Shown in pieces: positions 17,767 through 29,432 of a DNA stretch of 64,000 nucleotides; the first letter of the stretch is position 1, and every line of letters starts with the position of its first letter. The notes beneath the pieces are model-generated. The model saw only the letters and a program-made list of their open reading frames with translations, searched no databases and was not told the DNA's origin. Position numbers and translations under genes: made by a program. The stretch is from an uncultured Gammaproteobacteria bacterium (GTDB lineage Bacteria; Patescibacteriota; Microgenomatia; Daviesbacterales; UBA10151). The stretch lies in assembly GCA_964405655.1 (NCBI GenBank), contig CAYOOO010000005.1, positions 6,335 through 70,334 on the forward strand, given 5' to 3'.

Positions 17767-18008
17767 TTTTGTTCAAAAGTAAGAAACGGACTCTTATATT
17801 CATCAAAAGGATTAACATATTGGTTTTCCTTTTTGAAAGGATTTTTATACTCTGTTTTAACCGCTACTTTTGGCTCTTGCTTGACTAGGTTAGAGAAACC
17901 GGGGATTTTAAATGAACCTTTAGAGTAAAAGAGGAATAAACCGACGCCAAGGATAACAACAATTAACACAAGCAGTAAAAGGTGGGCGATTCCTTTTTGA
18001 TTAATCAT
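17763..18008 (-). CDS. Small PilX_N-like NPF protein (81 aa), copy 2.
   Basis: MINQKGIAHLLLLVLIVVILGVGLFLF ... EYKNPFKKENQYVNPFDEYKSPF; paralog of 12464..12718. Confidence 0.5.
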   Translation of the reverse strand: MINQKGIAHLLLLVLIVVILGVGLFLFYSKGSFKIPGFSNLVKQEPKVAVKTEYKNPFKKENQYVNPFDEYKSPFLTFEQK

Positions 18009-18028
18009 TTTTTTAGTACTTAACTAAA

Positions 18029-18056
18029 TAATGTGACGCAGATCACAATTTGTCAA
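18029..18056. promoter_or_regulatory. Second CRP/FNR-type palindrome AAATGTGAcgcagaTCACAATT with adjacent TTGACA, upstream of cassette copy 2.
   Basis: Same arrangement as 12749-12776 (TTGACAAAtTGTGA-N6-TCACA on the sense strand). Confidence 0.5.
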
Positions 18057-18069
18057 GTATTAAAATTTC

Positions 18070-19254
18070 CTATATTTGGGAGAGGCAGCCTGTTCTGAAG
18101 GGCTCTTCTAAAGAGGAACATAACTCAAGCTTTCTGACATTGCTTGAAGGCTCTGAAGTAATTTGCCCGATAATATTTTGGTAACAGCTTTGTTTGCCCT
18201 CAGCAGAGATCTTTTTGCAGATCTCTATGGCAGTCGTAGAGTCTCCCACTGAATAATAAGAACCTGCATTAACTGAAATACAACTATTTAGCCAATCACT
18301 ACCCATTTGCTGACAAAGGCTAAAGACCTTTGATATATCACCCTCAGTTAACGGATGAATTTGTCTTGCCAGGTTATCCATACACCAGTCAGTATATTGC
18401 TTATTACCAGTATTTAAACAAGCCTCCGCTGTCTTAGGGATACCTCCCAAATACATCTGATAAATCCTTGCAGCTTGATTTAACCAACAGCCCTTTTGGT
18501 ATTTTTCCCCAAAATAATTACATGGAAAATAAGGATCATCAGATAACCAATCTCTTTTTGGAGTTTTATCTTTTCCCCAATCATGAACTCCGAAGAGATT
18601 CTCCATAAACGCACCATTATGACAAGAAGAGAGTGCCTCTGGAAACTGGCTTTCTTTTTCAAAGACTTCGTCACAGGTATTTAAGGCCTTGGGAAGATCA
18701 TAATTCCAAATTGCCAAAATTGCATGGCCAGCAGCATGGGCACATTGAAAATATCTTAAGGGAGACTCTTTGCATTTATCTGCCATCCCAGCAACTACCT
18801 CAAATCCTTGATCGCTAGCAGCCTCAATAATTGCTCCGTGATAACAGGCATATAAAAAGTAGTCTTTGCACTTTAGAATTGAATCCAGTTTATATTTTTG
18901 ATAGGCATAAAAACCAATTTGATGGACAGCTAGGTGTCCTTCACCAGTATGAGGAAGGCTAGAGTGTTCTAAAATTTCTAGGGCTTGTTCCACATCTACT
19001 CTTTCGACTAATTTCCTTGTTGCTTTAAGCCGAATTTCTTGATTGTCTGACAAGATTTCTGTCAGTTCAGGAACATTTTCTGGCGTATATAATATCTTAC
19101 CTGCGGCTTGAGAGGTTGGTGTTAAGTTAATAACTGACTTAAATTTCATCAGTTCCTTTTTATCTAATTTAGGATAAGGTAATAGAGCAATAAGTAAAAG
19201 AACTAAAACTATTAGGCTTAAAAAGAAAATTAACTTGGTATTCCTAAAATACAT
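18070..19254 (-). CDS. Membrane-anchored Cys/His repeat protein (394 aa) with CAHAAGHAIL and CYHGAIIE motifs; paralog of 12795..13868 and 13869..15404.
   Basis: N-terminal TM; periodic C-x9-11-C repeats. Confidence 0.55.
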   Translation of the reverse strand: MYFRNTKLIFFLSLIVLVLLLIALLPYPKLDKKELMKFKSVINLTPTSQAAGKILYTPENVPELTEILSDNQEIRLKATRKLVERVDVEQALEILEHSSLPHTGEGHLAVHQIGFYAYQKYKLDSILKCKDYFLYACYHGAIIEAASDQGFEVVAGMADKCKESPLRYFQCAHAAGHAILAIWNYDLPKALNTCDEVFEKESQFPEALSSCHNGAFMENLFGVHDWGKDKTPKRDWLSDDPYFPCNYFGEKYQKGCWLNQAARIYQMYLGGIPKTAEACLNTGNKQYTDWCMDNLARQIHPLTEGDISKVFSLCQQMGSDWLNSCISVNAGSYYSVGDSTTAIEICKKISAEGKQSCYQNIIGQITSEPSSNVRKLELCSSLEEPFRTGCLSQI

Positions 19255-19268
19255 TCAAGGTTCTAAAA

Positions 19269-19679
19269 TCATCTTATTCGGTGTCTTCTTTTGACTCGCA
19301 GCCTGGCTAGAGATTTTTCCAAAATAGCCAAAGTTTCAGCATACTCCTCACCTGAAAGTTTTTGTTCTAAAGCTGCCTCAGCCCGTTTTTTGGCTTCCTC
19401 AGCAGCTCTTTCATCTATCTCCTCAGCTTTTTCTGCCAGATCAGCCATCACTGTTAAGATATTATTACTCACTTGCAAAAAGCCTTCACCCACTGCCAAA
19501 ACATCAACTTTTCCCCCCTTTTTAATTCGTAGCTCACCAGGCACTACTTTAGCCAATAAATTAGCGTGATGAGGCAGGATACCAATCTCTCCTTGTTCAG
19601 TTGAGATATTAACTTGATCAACTGTCTCATCAAAAATTTCTTTCTCAGGTGTCACTAACTTCAGATGCAAATCCGCCAT
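19269..19679 (-). CDS. atpC: F1 ATP synthase epsilon subunit, separated from the rest of the atp operon.
   Basis: MADLHLKLVTPEKEIF...GEIGILPHHANLLAKVVPGELRI... plus a C-terminal helical hairpin. The ORF can extend to 19703. Confidence 0.8.
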   Translation of the reverse strand: MADLHLKLVTPEKEIFDETVDQVNISTEQGEIGILPHHANLLAKVVPGELRIKKGGKVDVLAVGEGFLQVSNNILTVMADLAEKAEEIDERAAEEAKKRAEAALEQKLSGEEYAETLAILEKSLARLRVKRRHRIR

Positions 19680-19703
19680 AGCGGTATTATCGCAAATTTG
19701 CAT

Positions 19704-19709
19704 ATAATT
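19704..19709 (+). promoter_or_regulatory. TATAAT -10 box ~19 nt upstream of the 19729 ATG, in the divergent region with atpC.
   Basis: An exact TATAAT is present. Confidence 0.3.
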
Positions 19710-19728
19710 AGTAAGAGTTTAAAATCTT

Positions 19729-21234
19729 ATGAGTGGGGATCGATCGAATGAGTTACCAAGAGTCAGCCGAAGAGAATTGGTAAGTCCAACTAGAAGGACT
19801 AATACTCTAGCAACTCGACCAAATATTCTAACTCCATCTCCAGACAGAGTAAGACAAAGACAGGCAAGAAGAGAAAAGATTAAACAAGAACAAAGACGGG
19901 CTCTGCTGGGAATTGCAGGGGCAGCAACTCTAGCTGCAACATTTGCAGGAGCAAAACCTGCAATGGAGGCAGCCCAAAATATCGGAAGGGCAATAACTGG
20001 GGCAAAACCCATGGATCAGCAACCTGTTCAAGCTATCTTACATCCAGTTGATCCCACTGGTGAAAGGACAGCTCCAGCAACTGGAGTTCAAGCTGCAGAA
20101 AGACCCAGACTGCAATCACTTTTAGACAATATCCTAACTACCCCCTTAAATACCCCCCAAAGATTTGATGCAGAAAAAGCTTATGCAGATTCTGCCCAAA
20201 GCTTAAGTGAGATTAACCAAGGATTATGGACAATAACTGATTGGAACTTAAGAATTGGGCTCTTAGACAAAAGATATGCCTTAAGAGATGAGAATAACCC
20301 AAATCATCAACCTCTAACAAAAGAGCAAGCTGATTGGGCAGATAAAGAGTATATCCATCCTGAAACTTTAGCAATTACTATTCAAGCCAGAGAACTGGCT
20401 CAAAAAATTTTAGCTGAATATATTTCTAAAAGAGTTGGCGGATGGTCCAGTTTTAGGCCAGATTTGGCAGCTAAAGTTAAATCTGGTGAGCTTCCACCAG
20501 ATTTTTTTAATAAACTAAGCCCCGGAGATGTCCTAATTAATCCCGGCGGAATGGCTAGGATGGTGGTTTGGGAAACAGGCCAGGGACTACCTAAAGACAA
20601 ACCTCAGGGGGCAGTCTCCTCAATCTTGAGCAGAATCAAGAATAAAATTTCTCCGGAGAGATTTCTGATGTACGGCTTTGTGAACATTGGTTTTACCCCG
20701 GCAAGGTCTCAAATTGATGCAAATACTTTCCTGACTAAAAGATATGACAACAAGGATGCTCTATCATATTTGGCTGGTGAGCTTTCAAAAGAGACAGGTT
20801 TGAATTTCACAGAAAATAATTTACCAGGTTCCTCAAAGGTAGAAATTAAACCGGGCGATAATGACAATGCAATTGCTGAAAAACAACTTAGAAGTACTGT
20901 CTCAGGGGGAGCAGTTGGGCTACAGATGATGCCTGAGGTTATAGCAAATTATCAGTCTAACCCAATAATCCATGAAGCATTTAAAAGAAACGGCCTAACT
21001 ATTAATCCTTACGACCCAGTCTCAGCTACAACTCTAGGCTATCTATTCTTAGCCCAATCTGTTGCTACATCAGGAGGGAATTTCCAGTATGGCTTCCTAA
21101 ATAATACTCATCCTGATCTGAAAGGAAAAGAGACAATGGTTAAAGCTTTTAAGAAAGACTCACTTTTAACCTGGAATAGATTTGATAATCAAGTCAGAGA
21201 AGTCCTGGATTCAGAAGAAAGTTTTAGAATATGA
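19729..21234 (+). CDS. Membrane-anchored protein with a C-terminal lytic-transglycosylase (SLT)-like motif.
   Basis: TM helix (ALLGIAGAATLAATFAGA); EKQLRSTVSGGAVGLQMMPE resembles the SLT E-S...GA-GLMQ-MP signature. Confidence 0.45.
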   Translation: MSGDRSNELPRVSRRELVSPTRRTNTLATRPNILTPSPDRVRQRQARREKIKQEQRRALLGIAGAATLAATFAGAKPAMEAAQNIGRAITGAKPMDQQPVQAILHPVDPTGERTAPATGVQAAERPRLQSLLDNILTTPLNTPQRFDAEKAYADSAQSLSEINQGLWTITDWNLRIGLLDKRYALRDENNPNHQPLTKEQADWADKEYIHPETLAITIQARELAQKILAEYISKRVGGWSSFRPDLAAKVKSGELPPDFFNKLSPGDVLINPGGMARMVVWETGQGLPKDKPQGAVSSILSRIKNKISPERFLMYGFVNIGFTPARSQIDANTFLTKRYDNKDALSYLAGELSKETGLNFTENNLPGSSKVEIKPGDNDNAIAEKQLRSTVSGGAVGLQMMPEVIANYQSNPIIHEAFKRNGLTINPYDPVSATTLGYLFLAQSVATSGGNFQYGFLNNTHPDLKGKETMVKAFKKDSLLTWNRFDNQVREVLDSEESFRI

Positions 21235-21596
21235 ATACCCATAGTTGTGAAACACTAATTGCAACCTGTATAGACTTCAGGTTTCAGGAATATATTAATG
21301 ATTGGATAAAGGAAAATTTTAGTCCCAAAACTTATGATAGGGTGGCCTTTGCCGGGGGAGTAAAAGAATTTGAAACTATCTTTGGACAAATTGAAACTTC
21401 AAAAAGGCTCCATGATATTAAAAAAGTAGTTTTAATAAATCATGAGGATTGCGGGGCATATGGAGAGTCTGGTACTAAAAAGAAGCATATCCAAGATCTA
21501 AAACAGGCATCTTCCCGAATTAAAAAGCAGTACTCAGATTTAGAAGTAGCAACTTATTATCTTAAACTAAGCGGCACTTTTGAAAAAATTCAATGA
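21231..21596 (+). CDS. Small beta-carbonic-anhydrase-like protein (121 aa) carrying the CxDxR and HxxCG zinc-site motifs.
   Basis: CIDFRF and INHEDCGAYG. It overlaps the upstream gene by 4 nt. Confidence 0.4.
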   Translation: MNTHSCETLIATCIDFRFQEYINDWIKENFSPKTYDRVAFAGGVKEFETIFGQIETSKRLHDIKKVVLINHEDCGAYGESGTKKKHIQDLKQASSRIKKQYSDLEVATYYLKLSGTFEKIQ

Positions 21597-21973
21597 AAAC
21601 TATTAAGCAAAGTTATTTAATAAATGCTCAAGTTAGTAAAGTCTGGCAGGCTTTGGTGAATCCAAAAATTATTGATGAGTGGGGTGGGGGACCGGCAAAA
21701 ATGAGCGAGAGAGAAGGCAGCAGTTTCTCTCTTTGGGGAGGAGATATTCATGGCAGTAATCTTAAAGTGATAAAAAACAAACAACTTGTCCAGGATTGGT
21801 ATTCAGGTGACTGGGAGAATTCTTCCAAAGTTACTTTTACGTTAAAATCAGATGGTCAAAAAACAGAAGTAGATTTACTCCATGAAGAAGTGCCAGATGA
21901 TGAAGCAGATGAAATAGAAGATGGCTGGCAAAGATTTTATTTAGGACCGCTCAAAGATTACTTAGAAAAATAA
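21593..21973 (+). CDS. SRPBCC/AHSA1-like (START-fold) protein.
   Basis: SKVWQALVNPKIIDEW ... acidic C-terminus; 4-nt overlap with the upstream gene. Confidence 0.45.
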   Translation: MKTIKQSYLINAQVSKVWQALVNPKIIDEWGGGPAKMSEREGSSFSLWGGDIHGSNLKVIKNKQLVQDWYSGDWENSSKVTFTLKSDGQKTEVDLLHEEVPDDEADEIEDGWQRFYLGPLKDYLEK

Positions 21974-22162
21974 CTTCTCTCTTCCTTGATTTTTAGAATA
22001 TTTTGACGCACAATGCTAACCATGTCTTTAGTGGATCATCAACAGCAAAGAAGAGTTTGGGAAGAGGTCATATAAGAAGACTAATGATTGTTTGCATCAC
22101 ATAGTAATTTTTCAAAAAAAGTAACTCTTTAGATCCCATAGTTTGATTTTAAATAAGGTTGT

Positions 22163-22172
22163 GACTATAATC
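22163..22172 (+). promoter_or_regulatory. TGACTATAAT extended -10-like promoter upstream of the methyltransferase gene.
   Basis: TG-ac-TATAAT ~15 nt before the ATG at 22186. Confidence 0.3.
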
Positions 22173-22185
22173 TGAAAGATTAATT

Positions 22186-22836
22186 ATGGCTAAAGCTGAA
22201 GATATTGTAGCTCATACTGAAGGGTACTTCTCTCAAATCAGGACGAAGACCAAGCCTCAAACAGTGACAATTGCTGGGGTGGAGATTGTGGTTAACCCAG
22301 GGGTTTTTATGCCTGCAACTGATAGCAGATTGCTGGCAGATAACATTAGAGTAGGATTAGGTACTTCTTTCTTGGACATCTCAACTGGATGTGGTCTGCA
22401 TGCTGTTGTAGCAGGCCTCAGAGGAGGGTTTGGAATAGCTACAGATATTAATCCAGAGGCAGTTAGAAACGCACAAGAGAATTTCTGTAGATATAAGTTA
22501 AGAGTAATGGCCTTAGAGTCAGATATGTTTGACTCTATCCCAGCTTGGAACTTTGAGTTAATCATGGCTAATGGACCATTTCATGAAGGAGAAATAAAAG
22601 ACCGTCTAGATTATGCCCGTTTTGGAGCAGCCAGGTTTCATCAAGGGTTACTTGAAGGCGCCAGAACTCATTTAAGAAGGAATGGTAGGCTACTTATAGC
22701 TTTTGCCCAGTGGGCAGATACAGCTTGTCTTATGCATCAGATAGAAAATAATGGATTCCAAGCCCAAGTTATAGACAGACGCTCATCAGAAGATGGCCAA
22801 AGAACATATGATCTTTATGAGGTAAGATTTGCTTAA
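22186..22836 (+). CDS. SAM-dependent methyltransferase, HemK/PrmC/RsmC-like (NPPF-type motif NGPF).
   Basis: FLDISTGCGLHAVVA (motif I) and IMANGPF (motif IV). Confidence 0.6.
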   Translation: MAKAEDIVAHTEGYFSQIRTKTKPQTVTIAGVEIVVNPGVFMPATDSRLLADNIRVGLGTSFLDISTGCGLHAVVAGLRGGFGIATDINPEAVRNAQENFCRYKLRVMALESDMFDSIPAWNFELIMANGPFHEGEIKDRLDYARFGAARFHQGLLEGARTHLRRNGRLLIAFAQWADTACLMHQIENNGFQAQVIDRRSSEDGQRTYDLYEVRFA

Positions 22837-22841
22837 AATAT

Positions 22842-23324
22842 ATGTCACTAGAATCACAAACAAATAGAAACTATCCTGGATATGTTCAACTAATTCGGGA
22901 TTTGTTTATTACCCGAAAAGGGCTAATCTCAAACTTAACGCCTACTGAGTTGTTAGCTCCTGATAAAAAAGAGGCTTATTTACAACACGTTATAAAAAGT
23001 CCCCAAGAGCTAGGTATGTTGGCAGATGCTTTAGATGAGGCATTTAGAGAATCCAAACAAGCACAGCTCTTGTCTGATCGGGAAGAAGCAGTCCTAAGAA
23101 TGCGCTACAGTCTAGACGATCCTGCCCTAGAAGGCAGAACTTTAAGCGAAGTTGCTGCTCAGACCCCCAGATTAACCACTACCACCAAAAGATCAATAGG
23201 CCAACAAGGTTTATCAGTGGAAAGAACCAGGACTATTATTGAGGAAGCACTGGCTAAAATTAGACATTACAGCAGACAAAAACCAATCTTTGGGTTTACA
23301 GCCAACACTGATTTTTACTTATGA
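22842..23324 (+). CDS. Sigma-70 region-4-like HTH protein (160 aa).
   Basis: LSDREEAVLRMRY...TLSEVAAQ...GLSVERTRTIIEEALAKIR matches the sigma region 4 pattern. Confidence 0.45.
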   Translation: MSLESQTNRNYPGYVQLIRDLFITRKGLISNLTPTELLAPDKKEAYLQHVIKSPQELGMLADALDEAFRESKQAQLLSDREEAVLRMRYSLDDPALEGRTLSEVAAQTPRLTTTTKRSIGQQGLSVERTRTIIEEALAKIRHYSRQKPIFGFTANTDFYL

Positions 23325-24352
23325 GTTTAACCAGAGAAACAGAGGTTTACTTAAACCATACTCAAAGATTCTTATCCGAAAGAAAGGGAATACCCAGAGC
23401 GATAAGAAGATCCAGACAACGACCGGAAGTTTTAAACCAGGCATTGGAGGATTTAGAACTAGCTGTGCTTCACCTCAATGGCTTTATCAACTCATCCGAT
23501 AAACCCTTAGGTCTAAGACAAGCATTGTTACCGTTTTCTACAATAATCAAAACTGAGCTTGAAGAAGGAACAAGCTTCTACTTTCTCAGAGAGGGGAAAA
23601 ACTTACCATCTCCAAAAAATGAAGCCGGCAGAAAAACTCCTCAAGCTATCGAAGAGGCTAGAGCGATTTTCAAGCAAGCGGATAAGTTTATGTATTGGGG
23701 AGATTTAAATGTCAGTGGAGGCTGGAAATTTCACAGACAGCTTAAAGATCTGTCCCAGCTTGTTAATTCTTTTGCTATTGAAATGTATGGACTTTTGGCA
23801 GCATATAGATCTTTGCCTCTTTGGAATAAAAGCAGCACAGTAGTTTTAGCATTAGAGGAGATGCTAGCTGTCCATGGAACCAATACTAAAATGTATCAGG
23901 CAATCAAAGGCTGGTACAGTTTGGATGAAGGTTTTTCACCAATTCTAGTCGGGATGATTGAAGGTAGGGTAGATGTTCCTTTTAGGTTTGGTCAGGCAAT
24001 CAGAGTCACTCCTAGCTTTGTAGTATTTGACGGATATAAACCTGGTCTTGAGGGAAAAGCAGAAGGGCAAAGGTGGTATATCTCTCCAAGAACTGATGCA
24101 GCAGAACAGATGCTAATTGAGGCTGCTAAACTACATAGAATTGGTCAAGGTTTAACTCAACCTCATCAAGTTTTGGCTCCAATCAGTCAAACCAGAACTT
24201 TACTCAGAACAGATAGGACTTCAGATAATTTAAGAGTTTTAATTGGTGGTGCAGTGGATAAACCTAAAGAATGGGAAGATGCTGCTCCAACCCCAGATAG
24301 AATGGAACAGTGCTTAAGCTTACACCCAGATTTCTACAGCTTTTATGATTAA
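23321..24352 (+). CDS. Hypothetical protein (343 aa).
   Basis: ORF with a 4-nt overlap with the upstream gene; no recognisable motifs. Confidence 0.35.
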   Translation: MSLTRETEVYLNHTQRFLSERKGIPRAIRRSRQRPEVLNQALEDLELAVLHLNGFINSSDKPLGLRQALLPFSTIIKTELEEGTSFYFLREGKNLPSPKNEAGRKTPQAIEEARAIFKQADKFMYWGDLNVSGGWKFHRQLKDLSQLVNSFAIEMYGLLAAYRSLPLWNKSSTVVLALEEMLAVHGTNTKMYQAIKGWYSLDEGFSPILVGMIEGRVDVPFRFGQAIRVTPSFVVFDGYKPGLEGKAEGQRWYISPRTDAAEQMLIEAAKLHRIGQGLTQPHQVLAPISQTRTLLRTDRTSDNLRVLIGGAVDKPKEWEDAAPTPDRMEQCLSLHPDFYSFYD

Positions 24353-24509
24353 TATCAAAAATCAGCCAAATTTATTCAAGTTATAGGCAAAAGAGAGACA
24401 TATCACCAAATTGCCTATATTAAAAAACTAAGCTGCTTTTGATTTTTAGTCTTTAGAGTAGCAAACTAGCTTTGGTGTCAACGAATCAGCATTAATTACA
24501 AAATTTATT

Positions 24510-24785
24510 ATGTCCAACGGGAGAGAACCTGTAGAAAAACGTGGAAGTTCAAATCATTACATAGAATTAGCCAGGTTTATGTGGGCACTCTTGGCGGGAA
24601 AAAATGAAGATAAAATGTTAGTCTTGGCAGCTCGAGCATCTGTTGTAGGTGGTGTTTCGACCGGAGCAGCAATAGTAGGATTTGCCACAGGTAGACTTGA
24701 GATTGCTGCTCTGGGCGGAAGTCTGACATATCTCAGCGGTTATATTGGACTCAGGGCTGTAAATGCTTCTAAGAACCAGGGTTAG
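24510..24785 (+). CDS. Small hypothetical membrane protein (91 aa).
   Basis: Gly/Ala-rich hydrophobic stretch. Confidence 0.3.
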   Translation: MSNGREPVEKRGSSNHYIELARFMWALLAGKNEDKMLVLAARASVVGGVSTGAAIVGFATGRLEIAALGGSLTYLSGYIGLRAVNASKNQG

Positions 24786-24787
24786 GT

Positions 24788-27008
<2,221 letters not shown>

Positions 27009-27011
27009 AAT

Positions 27012-28517
27012 TTAATTTTTGCTTGTTTTCTGAAAGACCTTAACAAACTCTTTAGTAACCTTTTCTAATTCTTTGGTTAATTTCTCATCTAACTCTTTCT
27101 TCTCTGCTATCTTAGTCAAAAGCTTTTTAGTTCTTAATCTTAAATATTTGACATATTCTTCTTCTGCCTCTTTGACTTTATCAACTGATATTTCATCAAA
27201 ATGGCCATTAGTTACAGCCCAAAGGGAAGCTACTTGCTCCTCAACTGAAACAGGGGAGAAAGGAGGTTGTTTTAGAACCTCAGTAATTCTTCTGCCTCTT
27301 TCAATTTGCATCTTGGTATTTGGATCTAAATCAGAGGAGAATTGAGCAAACGCAGCCAGTTCTCTAAATTGGGCTAAGTCCAGCTTAAGCCTACCTGCTA
27401 CGCCTTTCATAGCTTTAGTCTGGGCTGCACCACCAACCCTTGAGACTGATAAACCCACATTTAAAGCCGGCCTGATTCCTGCAAAAAATAAGTCTGTCTC
27501 CAAATAAATCTGTCCATCAGTAATAGAGATAACATTTGTTGGAATATAGGCTGAGACATCTCCGGCTTGAGTCTCTATAATAGGTAGGGCTGTTAAAGAA
27601 CCTCCACCAAAATCCTCATTTAACCTAGCTGCCCGCTCTAAAAGCCTGGAGTGAAGATAAAAGACATCGCCTGGATAAGCTTCTCTTCCAGAAGGCCTTC
27701 TTAAAAGCAGGGACATCTGTCTGTAAGAGTTAGCATGTTTTGACAGATCATCATAAACGACCAAGGCATCCCTGCCTTGATCCATGAAATATTCTCCAAT
27801 TGCACAACCAGAGTAGGGAGCCAGGTATTGCATAGGAGCGGGATCAGAAGCTGTTGCTGATAGCACAATGGTGTGATCCATGGCACCAAACTCCTCTAGT
27901 CTAGCTACAATTTGAGCAACTTTAGAGGTCTTTTGACCAATTGCCACATAAATACAAATAACGTCTTTCTGATTAATGATTGTATCTACGGCAATGGTGG
28001 TCTTGCCTGTATTTCGATCGCCAATAATTAGCTCCCTTTGACCCCGACCAATCGGGATCAGGGCATCAATTGCCTTAATACCTGTTTGCAAAGGAGTGTT
28101 AACTGACTGTCTGGTAATAACTCCTGGAGCAATCTTTTCAACTGGGTAGGCCTTATCTGTTTTAATTGGACCCTTACCATCAATCGGTTGACCTAAGGCA
28201 TTAACAACCCGACCAATCATTGAGTCGCCAACTGGTACTTCCAAAACCTTACCAGTTGTTTTAACAGTATCACCTTCCTTAACCTTGGTAAAATCTCCCA
28301 AGATAACGCTCCCAACATTGTATTGCTCTAAATTCAAAGCTAAACCAAAAATCTCTTTACCAAAGTCCAAAAGCTCAGAAGATTGAACATCTGATAAACC
28401 ATCTATCCTGGCTATTCCATCTCCAGCCTCAGTTACAGTGCCGATATTTTCTTTGGTCGCCTTAAGCTTAAAACCCTTTATCTGTCTTTCAATCTGCGAA
28501 ACTAAATCACTAACCAT
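27012..28517 (-). CDS. atpA: F1 ATP synthase alpha subunit.
   Basis: GDRNTGKT P-loop; alpha-specific regions. Confidence 0.95.
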   Translation of the reverse strand: MVSDLVSQIERQIKGFKLKATKENIGTVTEAGDGIARIDGLSDVQSSELLDFGKEIFGLALNLEQYNVGSVILGDFTKVKEGDTVKTTGKVLEVPVGDSMIGRVVNALGQPIDGKGPIKTDKAYPVEKIAPGVITRQSVNTPLQTGIKAIDALIPIGRGQRELIIGDRNTGKTTIAVDTIINQKDVICIYVAIGQKTSKVAQIVARLEEFGAMDHTIVLSATASDPAPMQYLAPYSGCAIGEYFMDQGRDALVVYDDLSKHANSYRQMSLLLRRPSGREAYPGDVFYLHSRLLERAARLNEDFGGGSLTALPIIETQAGDVSAYIPTNVISITDGQIYLETDLFFAGIRPALNVGLSVSRVGGAAQTKAMKGVAGRLKLDLAQFRELAAFAQFSSDLDPNTKMQIERGRRITEVLKQPPFSPVSVEEQVASLWAVTNGHFDEISVDKVKEAEEEYVKYLRLRTKKLLTKIAEKKELDEKLTKELEKVTKEFVKVFQKTSKN

Positions 28518-28905
28518 GAATTATTCCTCCAATTTGTAAAATTTTGTCTTGTAAGGAGTTATCAATCAATAAATCACCAACTCTTATTCTCAAACCAGCA
28601 ATAAGATTAGGATTTACTACCACTTTAGTTTGATTAACAGGAAAATCTTTTTTAACCTGCCTTTCAATCTTTGCTAGCTCGCTTTTTGATAAATCAACTG
28701 CTGCCTCTATCACCAAAGTAGTTTTATCAAGCTCTCTTTTTATTCCTTTACTGTACTCAGTTAAGGCAAAAATAGCCTCAGAAGTGGGAAGTTTTTCTAG
28801 ATCTTTGATAATTTTTTGGGCTTTATTCTCAGACAGTTTGCCCGCACTAAAACTTGCCTGGACCAACTTTTCAACTAACTTTTTTAACAGCTTATTTTTT
28901 TTCAT
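28510..28905 (-). CDS. atpH: ATP synthase delta (OSCP) subunit, short form (C-terminal domain only).
   Basis: Position between atpF and atpA; C-terminal delta-like ...[22 protein letters not shown]. Confidence 0.6.
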   Translation of the reverse strand: MKKNKLLKKLVEKLVQASFSAGKLSENKAQKIIKDLEKLPTSEAIFALTEYSKGIKRELDKTTLVIEAAVDLSKSELAKIERQVKKDFPVNQTKVVVNPNLIAGLRIRVGDLLIDNSLQDKILQIGGIIHG

Positions 28906-28907
28906 TT

Positions 28908-29402
28908 TTAAAGTCTTTTGACACTATCCTCAACCATCTTCTTTTGCTCAGGTCTTGTTAAGATCTTGCCAGTAACTTTCTCTAAAGCACTGACCACAAT
29001 TTCTGCCAGTTCTTCTCTTAACTCCTGATGCATTTTTTCCCGCTCAAGTTTAATAGAGTCTTGACCTTTTTTAAGCATCTCGTCAATATCTTTCTGAGTT
29101 TTAGTATGGGCCTGCTGAATAATTAGATCAGCAGATTTTGTTGCCTCTGCGACAATTTTTCTTGCCTCTAACGAAACTTTTTCTAAAGCTTTATCCCGAT
29201 CTTCCCCGGTTTGTTTAAGCTGCCTTTCTATTTCCTCAGCATCTTTAAGACTTTGGGCAATCCGTTCTTTCCTCTCCTCCAAAACTTTAAGCAGAGGTTT
29301 ATATAGCAGTCTTTTTAATATCCAAAGCAACACTAAAAAATTAACTACTTGCGCAGCCAAAAGCAACGGTTTAATTCCAAAATCTTTAAGTATTTGTTCC
29401 AT
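28908..29402 (-). CDS. atpF: Fo ATP synthase b subunit.
   Basis: Single N-terminal TM followed by a long charged coiled coil. Confidence 0.75.
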   Translation of the reverse strand: MEQILKDFGIKPLLLAAQVVNFLVLLWILKRLLYKPLLKVLEERKERIAQSLKDAEEIERQLKQTGEDRDKALEKVSLEARKIVAEATKSADLIIQQAHTKTQKDIDEMLKKGQDSIKLEREKMHQELREELAEIVVSALEKVTGKILTRPEQKKMVEDSVKRL

Positions 29403-29432
29403 TATAATAGCAGTTAGTAGTGGGTGACGACG

